Shown here: positions 24,234 through 36,700 of the stretch, one piece after another
Layout: each line of letters opens with the position of its first letter
Position numbering within the stretch: position 1 is the first letter of the stretch
Assembly: GCA_977020255.1 (NCBI GenBank)
Contig: CDROCS010001785.1
Span: 1 to 64,000 of the forward strand
Direction: 5' to 3'
Length of the DNA: 64,000 bases
Source: Obrimoposthia wandeli
Lineage: Eukaryota
Notes under the pieces: generated by a model
Told to the model about the DNA's origin: nothing
What the model saw: only the letters and a program-made list of their open reading frames with translations
The model's database searches: none
Made by a program: the position numbers and the translations under genes

Positions 24234-24618
24234 GTCGAGGAAGGTGGTTAGCGGAATGGATTTTTTTCTCGCGAGTGTAAATTGACATTTAATTTTTATG
24301 ACTGGAGATTACTGCCCAGATCTATCTGCTGCCAATGCGAATATGCACATGTGTTTGTGCTGAAACCCATATGCAGATATGCACACACATGCGGAGGTCG
24401 TCCGACTGATACAATAGAGCATTGGATTCTACAAATTCTGAAGCCAGTGCATGTGTTTCTTGACATTTGGCGAGGAGTGGGCGATTTCGATAATCTGAAC
24501 GTCCTGACTGTGTGTCGTCCCTGATTTTCTCGGTTCATGTGTTTAACAAGAATATAAGCTAAAACACAATTTTTCTAAAACACAACTTTTCAACCTGAAA
24601 CAGAATTTATTTGAACCG

Positions 24619-24976
24619 CAGAAAAATATATTTGAAACTATTTATCCACTTCTCACAGAAAAATATATTTGAAACTATTTATCCACTTCTTAAAAATATA
24701 TTTGAAACTATTTATCCACTTCTCACAGAAAAATATATTTGAAACTATTTATCCACTTCTCACAGAAAAATATATTTGAAACTATTTATCCACTTCTCAC
24801 AGAAAAATATATTTGAAACTATTTATCCACTTCTCGCAGAAAAATATATTTGAAACTATTTATCCACTTCTCGCAGAAAAATATATTTGAAACTATTTAT
24901 CCACTTCTCGCAGAAAAATATATTTGAAACTATTTATCCACTTCTCGCAGAAAATTTATTTGAAACCATTTATCCA
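24619..24976. repeat. 37-bp minisatellite, ~10 copies
   Basis: Unit CAGAAAAATATATTTGAAACTATTTATCCACTTCTC(A/G), head to tail with no spacers. One unit is shortened and the last is degenerate. Confidence 0.95.
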
Positions 24977-26454
24977 ATTATATGAAAGTTTGTTGAGTTG
25001 CAATTGTTGGATTTCCCGTCCAACAAATTTAAGTTATTAACAGCTTTATATTTTTTGGATTATCATTTTAATTTTTTTGTTACTTTTATGTTTATTTAAG
25101 TTTAACTTTAACACATATAATGAAATGTTGGTTAAATTAATTAATAGTTATATAATATTAAATCGAAAATTTAAATATTTTATTTATTTATTCTAATCTT
25201 TCTAAAATTTTTCAGATCTTCAATTGTTGAAATGTTTACTGCCCTCTTCCATTTCATAAATTATTTGCGTAAATTTATGTATTCAATGTTAAATAAGTTA
25301 GAATATACAAAGTATTTATTGAATTAGTTTGATTTTGTAAACAATTTGAAAAACACACCTTGAATGAATATAATATATTTTATTTAAATGACCTTTTTAA
25401 ATACTATTAGATAGCCATGTCTTATTGTGTTCATTTATAATTTGAAACATTAATTTTTATTTAGTAACTTTAATCAATTATTTTTTTTGAAACATTATTG
25501 CTTTTGGTTTCATTATTTTGTCAAGTTCCGAATGAATCAAGTATGCAATTGTTTTTATCTTTTGTTAAAACGTGTTTTTAATTAGGTTATAAACACTCAG
25601 CCTGGTTAGTGAAGCATTTTATTTAATTTTTAAAAATTGTTTCTAAATACATAGTATATTATTTAATTATAACTAATATTTGTCTTTATATGATAAAGTG
25701 GGGTTTTGATGATTTGTTTAACTTTGTTTTAGTCTGTAAATGAATATTTAGAAAGGCAAAATGAGTTTATCAACTGTGGGACTCTGACTTGTGATTTGAG
25801 AAGGTTTATAGATATTTCGTTATGAATGAATATGAAAAGTTTAAATATTTTTCATCTCCATCGTCACTCGATGAATTTCTGCGCTTATTATCATTTAAAA
25901 GTAAAAAAATGATTTTTAATATACATTTCGGTAATGTTGGAGCAAGTTCTGCCGATATTCGCGTATCTTGCGAGGGTTGAGTAGGCTGTAGCTCTCTTGG
26001 TTTCAGTTGAGCCTCCAGGGACATCTCACAGAACATATGCAACTGTTCCTGTGTGTCTAGGGTTGTTATTTCACTGCCACTGTCCTCTTCACGCTGCTGA
26101 TCTATGTCGCAAATCAAGTTTTAGCAGAAAAAACACTTTCATGGACTCGATGAAGCCCCAAGGAGCAAATGAGCCAGCAACAACACATCGGAATAATAAC
26201 ATGAACAGCAGCATATTTGATTAGCGCTGATGTATGATGCATCTGTGATTGATTACTCAAAAGCGCGTCCAGTTTGCTGTCACTCTTCTCCCTTAATCTT
26301 TCATTTTGTTTTCACCGCTGTTACAGTTTCTTCCATCCAAAGATAAACCGTTGACCAATCCTAAGATGCATGCACGTGCTCACTGCACCAGGCTCGATAA
26401 GATTGTATCCATAATTGGGCTGTTGTGAGAGAATTCATTTATGATAATAATTGG

Positions 26455-27420
26455 GAGCTGGAAATCAATTCTGGTATTGGTCGGTAGCCAATGGAGCTTC
26501 ATTAGATGTACAGTTGTAATAAAACTTTTGTTTATTTTGAATATAATTCTGTCAGTTTGGTTTAAAACTGTTTACAAGCGATATAATTGAGGCAGGATTT
26601 TACACATAGAATTTATACAGAGAATTTAATTTCTTTTGAAAGTGTTGAAGACCTTAAAGTCACATTTAAGAAATTTTTGGATATTCTAGTTAATAGTAAG
26701 ATACAAGTTTATACAAAAACAATACATTTAACTATGATTTATTCAAAAGCACTTCCTGTTTTCCATTATTCTTTGTAATGTTTTCTGAACAGTAAAGTTT
26801 TCAACAATGTTACAGTTTCTTGTCTAAGTCGGACAATTGTTGTTAAGATTTGAAGCATAATTTGCGATCGTATAAATATTTGAGCTTTGTGAGAGAATAC
26901 ATTTTTGATAAAAACATGATATTGAAATCAATTCTGGCCAATGGAGTTTCATTAAATATTCACTTGTACTAACAATTTTCTCTAATTTGAATATAATTCC
27001 GAAGGCTTTGTTTATCATTTTGTGTAAGTGATTTAATTGATAAGCTGGAATATTGAACAGTAAAGAATTTTGAAAATCCAGCCATGATGTAATAATCGCA
27101 TGTGTTAGCAGTTTAGTTGTCACGAGTAGTAAAGGATTTTCTTATTAGTTAAATCCTTAATATGACCTTTGCTTTATTTTGCTTTTTTCTTTAATACTGT
27201 TCTTAGGAACTCTTTATCGAGCCAAAGTAATAGATCCAAATAATATAGCCACAGTTTTATTTCAAATGTCTTCATTTCATCCATGTAGCTATTTCATATT
27301 CATTAGAATCACAATCAACACAAAGTTGTGTGTCATCAGCATAAGGGGAGAAATGAATATTATATTTCTTATTAATCGCTGCGATTGACGAAATATAAAT
27401 CGAAAATAGGTATTCAGAAT
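26455..27420 (-). mobile_element. L2/CR1-type LINE, reverse transcriptase C-terminal fragment
   Basis: HFSPYADDTQL (YADD at 27343-27332), then TKLLTHAIITSWLDFQNSLLFNIPAYQLNHLHK..LHWP, and a second LMKLHWLPTNTRIDF at ~26500. Confidence 0.85.
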
Positions 27421-29949
27421 AGGAAGTTTTACACATTAAAGCCGACCTTTACCGATATATTATTTTTCCACAAGCATATTCAGTCATTTCTGTGATGTAC
27501 TAAATGTAAATATATTGACTTACTACTGTATTCCGCAACCGGGTATTACTGTATATTAAATGTCAATGGTAGATTGTAGGGTGGGATACTGGTGTATATC
27601 TTAAGCAACGATAGATGGAAGATCTGTGTCGTGTCGGTACCGCTCACGATCATGTTTGCGAAGAACTTATGTATTTTATATTTGAAGAGAAAAATCTACG
27701 CCTACCTATTTTATCTCTCGCTAATAAATTCATCGTCAAATACGCTTGTTAGAAGATGTAAGACGAGTATTCAATACAAATTTTTATCCTTTAATTGTCA
27801 GCAAACAATCTCGAATATACACATCCCCCTTTTAAAAGCTTTACGGCCATTCTAAGAACATTTTATAAACTCTTTTTCTACCAATAAGTCCACCTCAAGC
27901 TACTCATTTTTTAGATTAATTTAGATTGTATCTGTTATAGTATGAAATTGCCTTTGCATAGGAACGCGACGCTGCAAAGCATGTTGAAGCTACATACTCA
28001 ATTCTTTTACCAAATTGGTTTCAAAGCTCTTTTTTATATCCATATGTTTGATTCTTTAAGCTCCAACATTTTCAGATTTTCAGTCAATTAGTAATGGTTC
28101 TTTCATCTTGAGTTTTGATGGCATATCCTTTGAACTTATTGTTGTAACTTCAGAGAGGTCAGAGATATCGCCAAAAATGGATTCACCAAATATGTGCTAT
28201 TACAAAATTAGTATTTATCAAATAAAACGATTAAAAAATTCAGATAATAAAATATTGCCAAATTTCAAATGGATTTTCTAACGTCACTCACTTAATATCG
28301 AATATGCCGAGCAATTTTTATAATGCAAAAGCTATAGGGAATCTAAAGAGCGATCGTTTACTTACTTTAGAAAGAGAAGAATCCCATCATAGAATCACAA
28401 CACTGAAAAGACCCCTGCACAATAAAGGGAAAAATAAACTTACTGCTTGTGTTATTTTTCACCTCAAAACCACTAAGTTAACTCAAGATTCAATGGACTT
28501 AAGAAACTATTTCAGGAAGCTATCGAAGCATCACAATTTATGTTCAGACGATTTATTATTTTTCAAATAAGCGCAAAATTAGTTTGAGAAGTTAAAATAC
28601 ATCACCACTGAGATAACTACAATGCTAATGCGTCCCATTATTACTTCAAGACTAGATTTTCAAACATTTTTACTGATTAACATTCCAGTTAATAAATTGA
28701 ATCACCGTCAGAATTATATTCAAATTAAAGAAAAGTCCTGGTACAACTGAACATTCTACGAAACTCCATTCAAGATTCTTCATATTATCAAAAGTGTATT
28801 ATCTCACAAAAGCACAAAAAATTATATGACCTTCTCGAACCTGGTGCAGTTAGCATCTTATCTTATCTGCAGATTGGCCAACAATCTATCAATGAATATC
28901 ACAAACTATAACAGATTGGAAAGTTTCAAGAAGCAAGCGAAGACCTTGTTATTCAGAAAATATCACGAAGAACAAGCGCTCTTGAGAAATGAACCATAGA
29001 TTTGATTTGTTGGATATTAGTGCTATATTAAATATATTTGAACACCCAAACTTTCAAATCATCGTTTTAGCACCTCCTTTAAATTTGTAGAAAGTTGAAG
29101 TGGGTTATGTCAACTGCTTCAGGATGTTTTTCACAAGTTTTCTTGAACCACCAAGATTTGAGTGTAACTCCTGAAAAACCTAACCAAAATCGATAAATTG
29201 TAAGGTAATGTGCCAAAAGGATAAATTTATAAGACTTGTTTCACCTAGACTATCAAAATACTTCGAAATACCCCGAAAAAATGACCGAAAGTTCTAGGAT
29301 TCGCTAATGTTATAGAAACTCGGCTCTTCAAGATGTGTAGTGCCAGATTGTTCATTGCATTGCCATCAAGCATAGAAACTCCAGAAATACCGACACAGTG
29401 TTCAGCGTCTCTGGTCAGCTACTGGCGATAAAGTATGTTATGCTGGTGTAGAAATAAAATTGTTAACTAAAGTTGAGTTTGTCAACTATAATAGTCGTTA
29501 ATAAATCCATAAGTTTGTTAGGAGAGTAGCTGTTTGCATAATTTGCAAAAGTAACCCAATCGTTTTGGCTTCATTGTGGGAGTGAAAAGTATGTCTTGGG
29601 GTTGAACCACATTTTTGCCCGTTGACTGAATTCTGTCACTCACAAATCGGTCTCAGTCAAGTTGAGTTTACTTCTGTGCATATAGGAGAAAATCAATGAA
29701 TCATATCAGTCAGATTAATATCCATGTTTCATGGTTGCGACTTATCGATCGAGTTCACGAGGGAGAAAATTGGGATTGCTTATTTGGGGAATTTCCTGTT
29801 TCGGCGACTGAGATGCCTATCTCTCCCCAATACACACATACATCCATTGTCGATAGCTCTACATGGTCACAATATCGATATTTTGAAGATATATTCTTTC
29901 TTTTTTAGTATTTTTCATATTTTTTAAAACTAGCACTTATAACTACCAT

Positions 29950-30445
29950 CCACCATACAATACAGTTTCAGGCACACAACTCCATCCGCTGCATTCCACT
30001 GGTGAACAACTGATAGAATGGGAAAAATTACTAGTTTGCTTCTAATAACCGCTTTGTCTCCACCTCTATCCTCATCAATCATAAGGCTTTATAATGAGTG
30101 ATAAATAAAAATCCGTACATTACAATTATAATTATTTTAAAAATATTACAAATTAAGTCATCTAAAATCGGTTTACTAAAACGATACACAATTTACATAG
30201 TTACAGTAAACTAATGGTAAAGTTCGGGCATACCAACATCTTTGGCCTTTTCCATATCATCAAAACCTCTTGTCACCATCATCTTGACTACATCCAAATC
30301 TGTTTTGTTCTTTCAGCAATTTGATACTCCCCATTTCCCATGACAAATATCATGCTTTAGCATACCAAAGAAAGTCTTCTATCGGTCAGATTTGAGCCGC
30401 ACAAGCTGGATTTTCTTCTTTCGTCACAACTTTGAGAACCCCCAA
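29950..30445 (-). mobile_element. Tc1/mariner transposase remnant
   Basis: Minus-strand QI*PIEDFLW matches the SPDLNPIE(N/D)xW C-terminal motif; heavily decayed. Confidence 0.45.
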
Positions 30446-33400
30446 TCTGGTCAAAATATGTAGTCGTTTTCTGGTTATATTGTATGTAACGCAATTACAT
30501 CATTCCTCAGTATTTCATAAAATTTCTATTTGCACAAATATGAACAACTTAAGGGAAGTTATCGAAGTAGAAATCAAACATCTCTACATTTCCAAAATAC
30601 TCTCAGAAATAATTGTCACGATGATGTTAAAATATTAGCTCTCCAAAATAGATTTATTCTTCATATTCAACATTCTTAACAATTTTAACAAGCTTATAGA
30701 GGCATAATAGAACTAACAATAATTATTAATATTGTATCGACTGTTTCTATCCAATACTATTAGTTTGTTGCATAATTAATGTCGGTTTTTAATAAATAAA
30801 ATACAAGATAAATACACACATTAAAGCAATAATTATTCAAAATAAGCCCTTCTCATTCTATACATTTTTTCCAACGTTTTATAAGACATTCGAAACCTGT
30901 TTGAAAAACATTTTGATTTTTGGATTTGATGAAGTTGCATATCTCCGACCTTTTACTTTATATTATCCAATTTCTTCCCATCTAGAAATTACGATAAAGG
31001 CTTGAAAAGATGAATCGAAATATGTGGTCTGGTATTTTCGTGTAGCAAACTGGGTCCTTCTGATTAGCTAAACTGGGTTTTAATAAAAATGTTTTGATGA
31101 CATGTATCAATTTTGTTGCAATATGAGTCTGAATTTATTGTTTCGCCAGCATTCAAAAAGCAATGGTGTATAATACCCGACATAAACCACCTGTAATTGC
31201 TTCATCCGCTTTACGTCACTGATGTAAACGTCTTCTATTGTATTTTATTCACTTTTTATCACAAGCTATCAAACGTTCTAACAAACTACTTTCAATTTGT
31301 CTAATTATTTTAATTTTTTTAATTTCTGATTATTCACGAGGTACCTATTTTCTAACTTTTTCACCATATGCATTGCAAACAAACGACACGTACTACAAGG
31401 ATTTGATTTTACAGCCTGTCTCAGGTCGTCTTTATTTAAGGTAATGGGAGGTCCAAGACTTACTCGATCTTCTAAGTCAGTGATGCCAGACTTTAGCTTT
31501 TCCAATCTTCTTTGAGTGATTCTTTCATTAGAAGAACCTTCGCCAAATGCTATCTTTATATTTCTGAATGCTTATGCTACAGTGTGACTTAATTTATATT
31601 CATATAAAGATAATTAATTTCTGGTTTCAATCCAAACCAATATCGGAGTCACTTTTCTAATATAAAAATTATAAAATTGTTCTATTTACCATATAAATTT
31701 AATGAATACGCTATAAATGAAGAATGCAGATACAAAAGTTGATTCATTTAAGCTGGTATAAAGATGTATTGGAATTCTGGTATTGAAAACCGAGATAAAT
31801 TACGCAACAACCTAAAAGATAATTCCATAATATTGTATTAAAGTCTGGATATAACGGCTGGGTAAGCGTTTTTGATCACAGCTACAATTTGGCTTAATGT
31901 AATTGAATTCCATCATGCAGTCATCGCATGAGACACTAGTAAATGTTGTATTTTAAATTACACATTCAAGAAGATGATGAACAGATTTGTATAGATTATA
32001 TCAGTGAACGTTTTGATTGAAATGTCAAGTAAATGTGAATTCGAACGTGATTTCTGACCACCATAGATAGTCGCAGTCAAATATGCTTATTCAGAAACTG
32101 TTGTAGTTGAGCTGCAAATTGCTAACAGATGTTTATAATTCTTTGAGATTGCAGTGTCCATATTTTCGACGAAAGAATGAAACAAATTGAAAGTTAAACG
32201 TATTTCTAAAATTTATAAATTATGTCAAAATTTATAAATTATGTCAAAATTTATGCTGAAAATAATTACAAAAAATTATTTTAGCCAACATTGATCAATA
32301 TCCCAACCAACACAACACATTGCCAACAAAGGGACGCACTAGTAGACTGGAAGCTCACCCATCCCAGTCCAATAGAACGTGGAACAAACGTTTTTCTAGC
32401 CCGAAAGTTTCATATTGACTCCTCAAGTCCGGAACTGGCATTGTACAATTTGTGCATAAAGGAACCAGCGATGACAAGGTAACGTCAAAACTGTACTAGC
32501 ATATGGGAACGAAGAACACGATGAGACCAAGTTTAAAAGATGCTCCATAGTCCATATAGTAACGAATATTCTTAAGGTTGTTGTTGAGATAAGATATATA
32601 TTCCTATTCTTGAAAATAGCATGTTGCATTCAATTCTCATCGGTCAATAGGTCAAAAGTTTCTATCCATATAAATGACAAACACAATTTTCCACTAGCAT
32701 GTTCAACATTTTCTTCTAACATTTTCCGAAACATCCGAGCAAACTCTGGAGTACTGAAATGATGCAGTATTTCGCCTATACTTCGTTGTGTATTATATAT
32801 ATATATGTGTATTATATAAGATAAGATAACCAAATCGTAGGTGTCACTTGAGCAATGTTGCTTCTCTTCCAGAATCACATTCAGAAGTTCAGGACCGACT
32901 CATTAGATGATTCAAAAGAAGACATTAGTCTTTTGGAGTTCTACGAATCGGAGGGAGGGAATGAATACAAATAACGTAGCACAACTGATATGAATAACAA
33001 TGATCGATAATCAGCCACATTTACGAGCCCTTTTATGTTCTTTCCCTTATTGATTTCATCATGCCTTAAATTAACGTTTTATTTTACCATCTTATGGCTT
33101 TGCTGAGTCATTTGTCACATTGATTTAAATCTGGTGAATGTGCTGATTGGATTACTTTTTCAATTTTTCTGCCATTGAAGAAAGCGGTTGGGATATTCGC
33201 CGAATGTTGTCATGAATTGCCATGTTGGGGAAATTAGGAATTTTTGTTGAAAATTTCTACCTAGATATTTAAACAAAATTGCGGTAATATTCATTTTTAA
33301 CAGTCTCATATTCAATTATCCATCTTCCGTTAACTTTATTTTGAGGTACTGAATCTGAGAAAAAATGCATTCTTTAACTTTAGTAACAAATTCCTCATTT

Positions 33401-33717
33401 TGCAATGAAGATCGACCATATTGCTTTCGAGATAATTGCTTTCTGAAATAAATTTTGCATGAATGGTGCATTTGTTCCCCATACATTTACCAAGTTTTCA
33501 TAAATATCATTAATATTGATTCTATTTTGCTGACAAGGTTAATGGAAACTTTAATTTAAATATTTGTCGTGAAAATGTTAAATTATATATGACCTTCAAT
33601 TTTTGATTTTGAAAACTCTAAATTTGTGTTTAATTAATTATTAATTTTTCGATTTTATAAAATGAAAGAGGAATCATTGATGCATCATGAACATTAAAGA
33701 CTCCCGGCTATTTTCAG

Positions 33718-36700
33718 CGCTGAACAACTGTCCTCCCGGACTGCAGTATCTGGCCTGTGTGGACCAGATCCTCGTCAAGCAAACTCCAGAGGTTTTCGAA
33801 GGTGAGGAACAATCGTGTATTTAAATTCTCAATATTTGGGAAAAGTAGACATTTTTTGACAATTGATGACAGAAGAATGGTGGATTATGTCACGAGTATT
33901 CAATGGTCTTTTTCACAATTAATTGAGTAAGGTCATGAGAGCACACATGTGTTTAAAAAGTAAATTTTGAGTTTTGAGCTATTTATTAGAAGGCTACTTA
34001 ATGAATGTGTGCTATAAATTAGACAAGCTACTAAAATGCAGGGAGTTTCCAAATTATGCACAACATTTTATTTTATTTCACACTTTTTAGAATGTGTTGA
34101 ATTTTACAAATATAAAAAGCTTAACTTTTCCGATTATCATTTATTATATAATGATTAACTATTTTAGATTGATTTTGGAATATATTATGTCTAATCAATA
34201 TTCATCTCAAATTAGATTTTATAAGCCACAGAAGCCCAGTGATTGTTCTAAGAAATGTAAGAGACAGATATGGAAGAGGTACACAGAATCGTAATTATCG
34301 TACTATTCTACGAATTCATGCGAATGCTATAAAAGACGGTAAAGTTGCTGGTCAAAAGAGATGAGGTGGCCTTCATTGTTCAAGTACAAGTTCGGAAAAT
34401 GATAAAAGATAATGAATCATTCTAACAATAGACCAACAACTTCTATGAGGCAAGCAGGGAAGAAAATTAATTTGGACTACGTTTCAATATATAGAATTCT
34501 AAATGAAAATATCTCATATCACTCTTTGCGTCCTAAAACTTCATGAAGCAGATGTCGCTTGTCGTTTAGAATGGATTAGTTTAAATTAAAGTTTCATTAA
34601 TGATGCCCATTTTTATTTATTTAAATGTCAGGTTAACAAGCATAACTGTGTTAGTTAGGACACCAACAAATTCACATATTTTTGTAATTCCACTTCATTC
34701 TGTATGGTCAGGAGTTTTTTTTATGGCAATGAACATTAACTAAAGAGAAAATATTATTATACGTCACAAAACGGGTTTCTCCCACTATTGCGGAACTTAT
34801 TTGTGTGTCAAGAACGTAATCTTGGTTCATGCAAAATGGTGCACCATCTTATTGGGGTTAGAGTGTTCGGCAGTGGGTACATTGGATCGTGAGGTAACTT
34901 ACAGCGACACATTTATGAAACTCAAGTTGCAAATAGGGAGGACTTGAAGAAAAGAATAACAATATGTTTTTAAAAATATCTATAAACAGAAATAGAAAAA
35001 TACATTAGAAAATTTCAGGAAGACATATTTTCCATTGTTTCATTTTGATATATTGCGGATTTTAATCAATTCTTATTTTTTGTCGTTTTTTTTCCTCAAA
35101 ATTTTATAATTAAAATAAAAATAGGATGAATAATATATTTTAAATTTAATAAAAATACAAACACCCTGTAATATTGTTATTTATCCATGTAATTTATTGA
35201 TCACACAATATTCAAAGGTGCATCCAAACTTGATTGTACGGAATTGTTCATAATGCCTCATAGGACATCATTTTTCAAGTCTTTTTAATTTATTATGACT
35301 CTATACTGTCTTCTTCTTTTTCAGTCTAAGTTGTGAGATTTCATTTCGCAAGGTCAAATAATTTGGTTTCTCATTTATTGATCGCTTCATTTAGAATAAG
35401 TTGAAGGTGACTCAGTTTCTTATTCGGGGAATTTTGAATGTCCCATCTTGAACTTATTACTGAGATTGTAACCATAATTGTAACGTTTTGGTTGTTGTAA
35501 ATACTGGTGAATATTTGATATTTTCCTCAGATTGTAATTAAAACTCCATGTCTTATTATTTATTTCGATAATACATTATGTTTTAGTTTTCATTTCACTT
35601 CAAGCCTTTTGTGGCCTTCTAGTTATTCATTAACAGCTTTTACAAGCTTAAATATAACTTTGTTTCCGGCTTCGGTTTTTCCATGTTTTGTGGAGAATTC
35701 ATCAGGAATTTGAACAAATTCATTTCTACATTTGTGTATTTGAGAGACCAATTTGGAGCTAACGACGTTTTACGATTTGTATAACAGATACATATAAGAC
35801 TTTATGTTACACATCACATTGCTGCAACTCAATAAAATGATTGTTGCAGAAAAATTATAGGCTATCTTCTAGTTGTCGCTGCTGTTGATTGTTCTTTAAA
35901 ATCGATGTTGACGTAATGAGGTTGATCTAATTGGATCGGTGTAATTGCACAGCACACCATCAATGACCAGCTTTGTATTGAACAAGAAACTGCATCATGC
36001 CAGATCAGAGTGTGGCTTATTTTAGAGCTCAGTGTCTGTGTTGACATTTCATCGAATTTGGGAATTTGGGACTTTGTGGTTTTTGATTTTTCTGGATTGA
36101 ATCCCGTCGAATTATTTCAATGTCTAAAGTGCGTTTCAGTCAAACTTTGGAGATATTTCATTACACCAAAAAGTCGTACGATAAAAAACTTTCCTATTTT
36201 TAAACTTCGTAGTTGTATAATTTCCTGCCAAATTTTAAGATCCTTTATTTTTTATTTGCTTTTTTAATGAAATTCACAATAAATATAATAATGAGTGGCA
36301 AATAAAATTCCGCCAAGGGAAATTATTTATTTATCAGGGTTTAATTTATGGTTATGGGAATTTTAACCAAAACTTCCTTGCTTAAAAGCAAAAATTGAAA
36401 TGTCTCTCTGAACAGCAGCGTCGGGACACAGTTTATTTGTACTTCAAAGAAGTCGGATTTGTATGTCAAACCATAGATGACATTTTTTTATCGCTACGAA
36501 GACGTACGACTAAAAATATTTGAAAACTTTCCTTTTTTAGAAACATTGCAAGAGTTGCCATGACATCTAGTTGAGCTTTAATTCTATTGGGTGTCGTCAA
36601 TTTCCAGTGTTATATTGTCGAAAATTCTATGAATAATGAGTGATCAATAGATTCCAGTGCTGTATACATTTATATAATCGTTACCCATCCTTTCTTAAAT

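Noticed and set aside
24619-24976. 37-bp repeats as a CRISPR array; TTATCCAC as bacterial DnaA boxes
   Set aside because: The units abut with no unique spacers and there are no cas genes. The context is intron-containing eukaryotic DNA. The 8/9 DnaA-box match is expected by chance within one amplified unit.
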